NCBI GenBank assembly: GCA_033762295.1
Contig: JANRLW010000057.1
Span: forward strand, 8,837 to 72,836
Direction of reading: 5' to 3'
Length of the DNA stretch: 64,000 nt
Source: Capsulimonadales bacterium
GTDB lineage: Bacteria; Armatimonadota; Armatimonadia; Armatimonadales; Armatimonadaceae
A program made the position numbers and the translations under genes. The number at the start of each line of letters is the position of its first letter. Within the stretch, counting starts at the first letter, position 1. A model generated the notes under the pieces. It saw only the letters and a list, made by a program, of their open reading frames with translations, did no database searches and had not been told where the DNA came from. Below, one piece after another: positions 62,699 to 64,000 of this stretch.

Positions 62699-63163
62699 AT
62701 GATTCGCGTCCTCTTCGTCTGTCTGGGCAACATCTGCCGCTCTCCCATGGCGGAGGCGATCCTGCGTCACCGCGTTCGCGAAGCGGGCCTGCAGCATCAA
62801 ATAGAGGTCGATTCGGCGGGCACCGGCTACTGGCACGTCGGGGAACCGCCGCATCGCGGAACCCGCGGTATTCTGGACACCTACCGGATCAGCTACGAGG
62901 GAATGGTCGCCCGACAGATCGAGAAGGACGACCTGGAATCCTTCGATTACGTGCTGACGATGGACAACATGAACCTGTCCGATGTCCGCTCGCTCGGGAC
63001 CGGACGCGCCGTCGTCCGCCCCCTGCTCTCCTATGCGCCGGAACTCGGGATCACGGAGGTCCCGGACCCCTATTACACCGGCGGTTTTGAGGGAGTCTAC
63101 CGTATGGTGGACGCCGCCTGTACCCATCTTCTCGCGGAGATACGGCGGGAGCATACCCTTTAG
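62699..63163 (+). CDS. low molecular weight protein-tyrosine phosphatase
   Basis: VLFVCLGNICRSPMAE, DSAGT, VPDPYY. Confidence 0.95.
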   Translation: MIRVLFVCLGNICRSPMAEAILRHRVREAGLQHQIEVDSAGTGYWHVGEPPHRGTRGILDTYRISYEGMVARQIEKDDLESFDYVLTMDNMNLSDVRSLGTGRAVVRPLLSYAPELGITEVPDPYYTGGFEGVYRMVDAACTHLLAEIRREHTL

Positions 63164-63172
63164 GCGGTCACC

Positions 63173-64000
63173 ATGTTTCCCGCACCGATCGCCGATCATC
63201 TGACCGATATCCTGTCGACCCGGATTCTCCGGGTCACGCCGGTCGGCGGGGGAACGATCAATCGGGTCGCCACCGTAACCACGGCCGACGAGATTCTGTT
63301 CCTCAAGTGGCAACTCGACGCGCCGCCGGGCGCTTTCCGGGCCGAAGCCGACGGTTTGTCCGCTCTGGGCGGCGCCTCGACGATCCGCACGCCGACCGTC
63401 CGCGCCGTGGCCGAACGTTTGGATGCACGCGGGTTGGGCTACCTTGCGCTGGAATATCTGCCGGACACTCCACCTCGCGATCCGGCGGCGTTCACCCGGC
63501 GGTTCGCGGAGGAGTTGGCCGCTTTGCACCGCCCGAAACCGGCGTCCTTCGGATGGCCGGAGGACAACTACCTCGGGATCACGCCGCAGGCCAATCTTCC
63601 ACGGTCCGACGACTGGGCGGAGTTCTTTCTGCGTTGCCGTCTGCTGCCGCAGATCGACCGGGCGCGTTCGGGCGGGCGGTTGACACCGGAGCGGGAAGCG
63701 CTGCTGTCCGGGGTGGCGGAGCGCACTCCGGACCTTCTGGCGGACATTCCCCCGGAGGTTTCGCTGATCCACGGCGACCTGTGGAGCGGTAATTTTCTGT
63801 GCGCGGCGATGGGCGACCCGGTGTTGATCGACCCGGCGGCGTACGACGGTCACCGGGAGATGGAGATGGCGTATGTCGAACTGTTCGGCGGGTTTCCACC
63901 GGGCTTTATGGCCGCCTATCAATCGGCGTGGCCGCTCGATGCCGGCTATGTCGGCCGCCGCCCGCTACACCAGTTGTACCATCTGGTCAACCACCTGAAC
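63173..64000 (+). CDS. fructosamine kinase family protein (runs off window end)
   Basis: Manual translation: VGGGTIN, LFLKW, EADGLSAL, LIHGDLWSGN, LIDPAAYDGHREME. Confidence 0.9.
   Translation, partial: MFPAPIADHLTDILSTRILRVTPVGGGTINRVATVTTADEILFLKWQLDAPPGAFRAEADGLSALGGASTIRTPTVRAVAERLDARGLGYLALEYLPDTPPRDPAAFTRRFAEELAALHRPKPASFGWPEDNYLGITPQANLPRSDDWAEFFLRCRLLPQIDRARSGGRLTPEREALLSGVAERTPDLLADIPPEVSLIHGDLWSGNFLCAAMGDPVLIDPAAYDGHREMEMAYVELFGGFPPGFMAAYQSAWPLDAGYVGRRPLHQLYHLVNHLN

Overview
A GC-rich bacterial chromosome segment. Gene style (monoderm-type DnaK together with LptF/G, a PEP-CTERM protein, RNase Y/YmdB, LuxR-PAS regulator) suggests Armatimonadota or a related diderm Terrabacteria lineage; this is inference. 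Housekeeping content: dnaK-hsp20-dnaJ/cbpA-hspR-clp heat-shock operon without grpE, recX-rny-ymdB, serA, a glycosyltransferase cluster, nuoABCD, pdxS, selA, GH78 rhamnosidase, tkt, pfkA, tpiA, tRNA-Cys. Best leads: (1) a ~5.4 kb lower-GC island with no integrase, flanked by ~290 bp direct repeats that duplicate the pdxS 3' end, carrying a LuxR-PAS regulator and four secreted proteins built from shared Ig-like and CsgG/FlgT-like modules; (2) an Arg-rich protein with ~24 GDRP repeats encoded just upstream of an Hfq-like Sm protein; (3) an ArgRS paralog that keeps arginine-pocket motifs but has altered HIGH/KMSK motifs and lacks the N-terminal domain; (4) a Clp ATPase with a ClpC-type short middle domain and no ClpP-binding loop; (5) an ArsC-fold protein lacking its catalytic Cys. 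No CRISPR array, rRNA, integrase or transposase was seen. All family calls come from motif recognition by eye; no searches were run.
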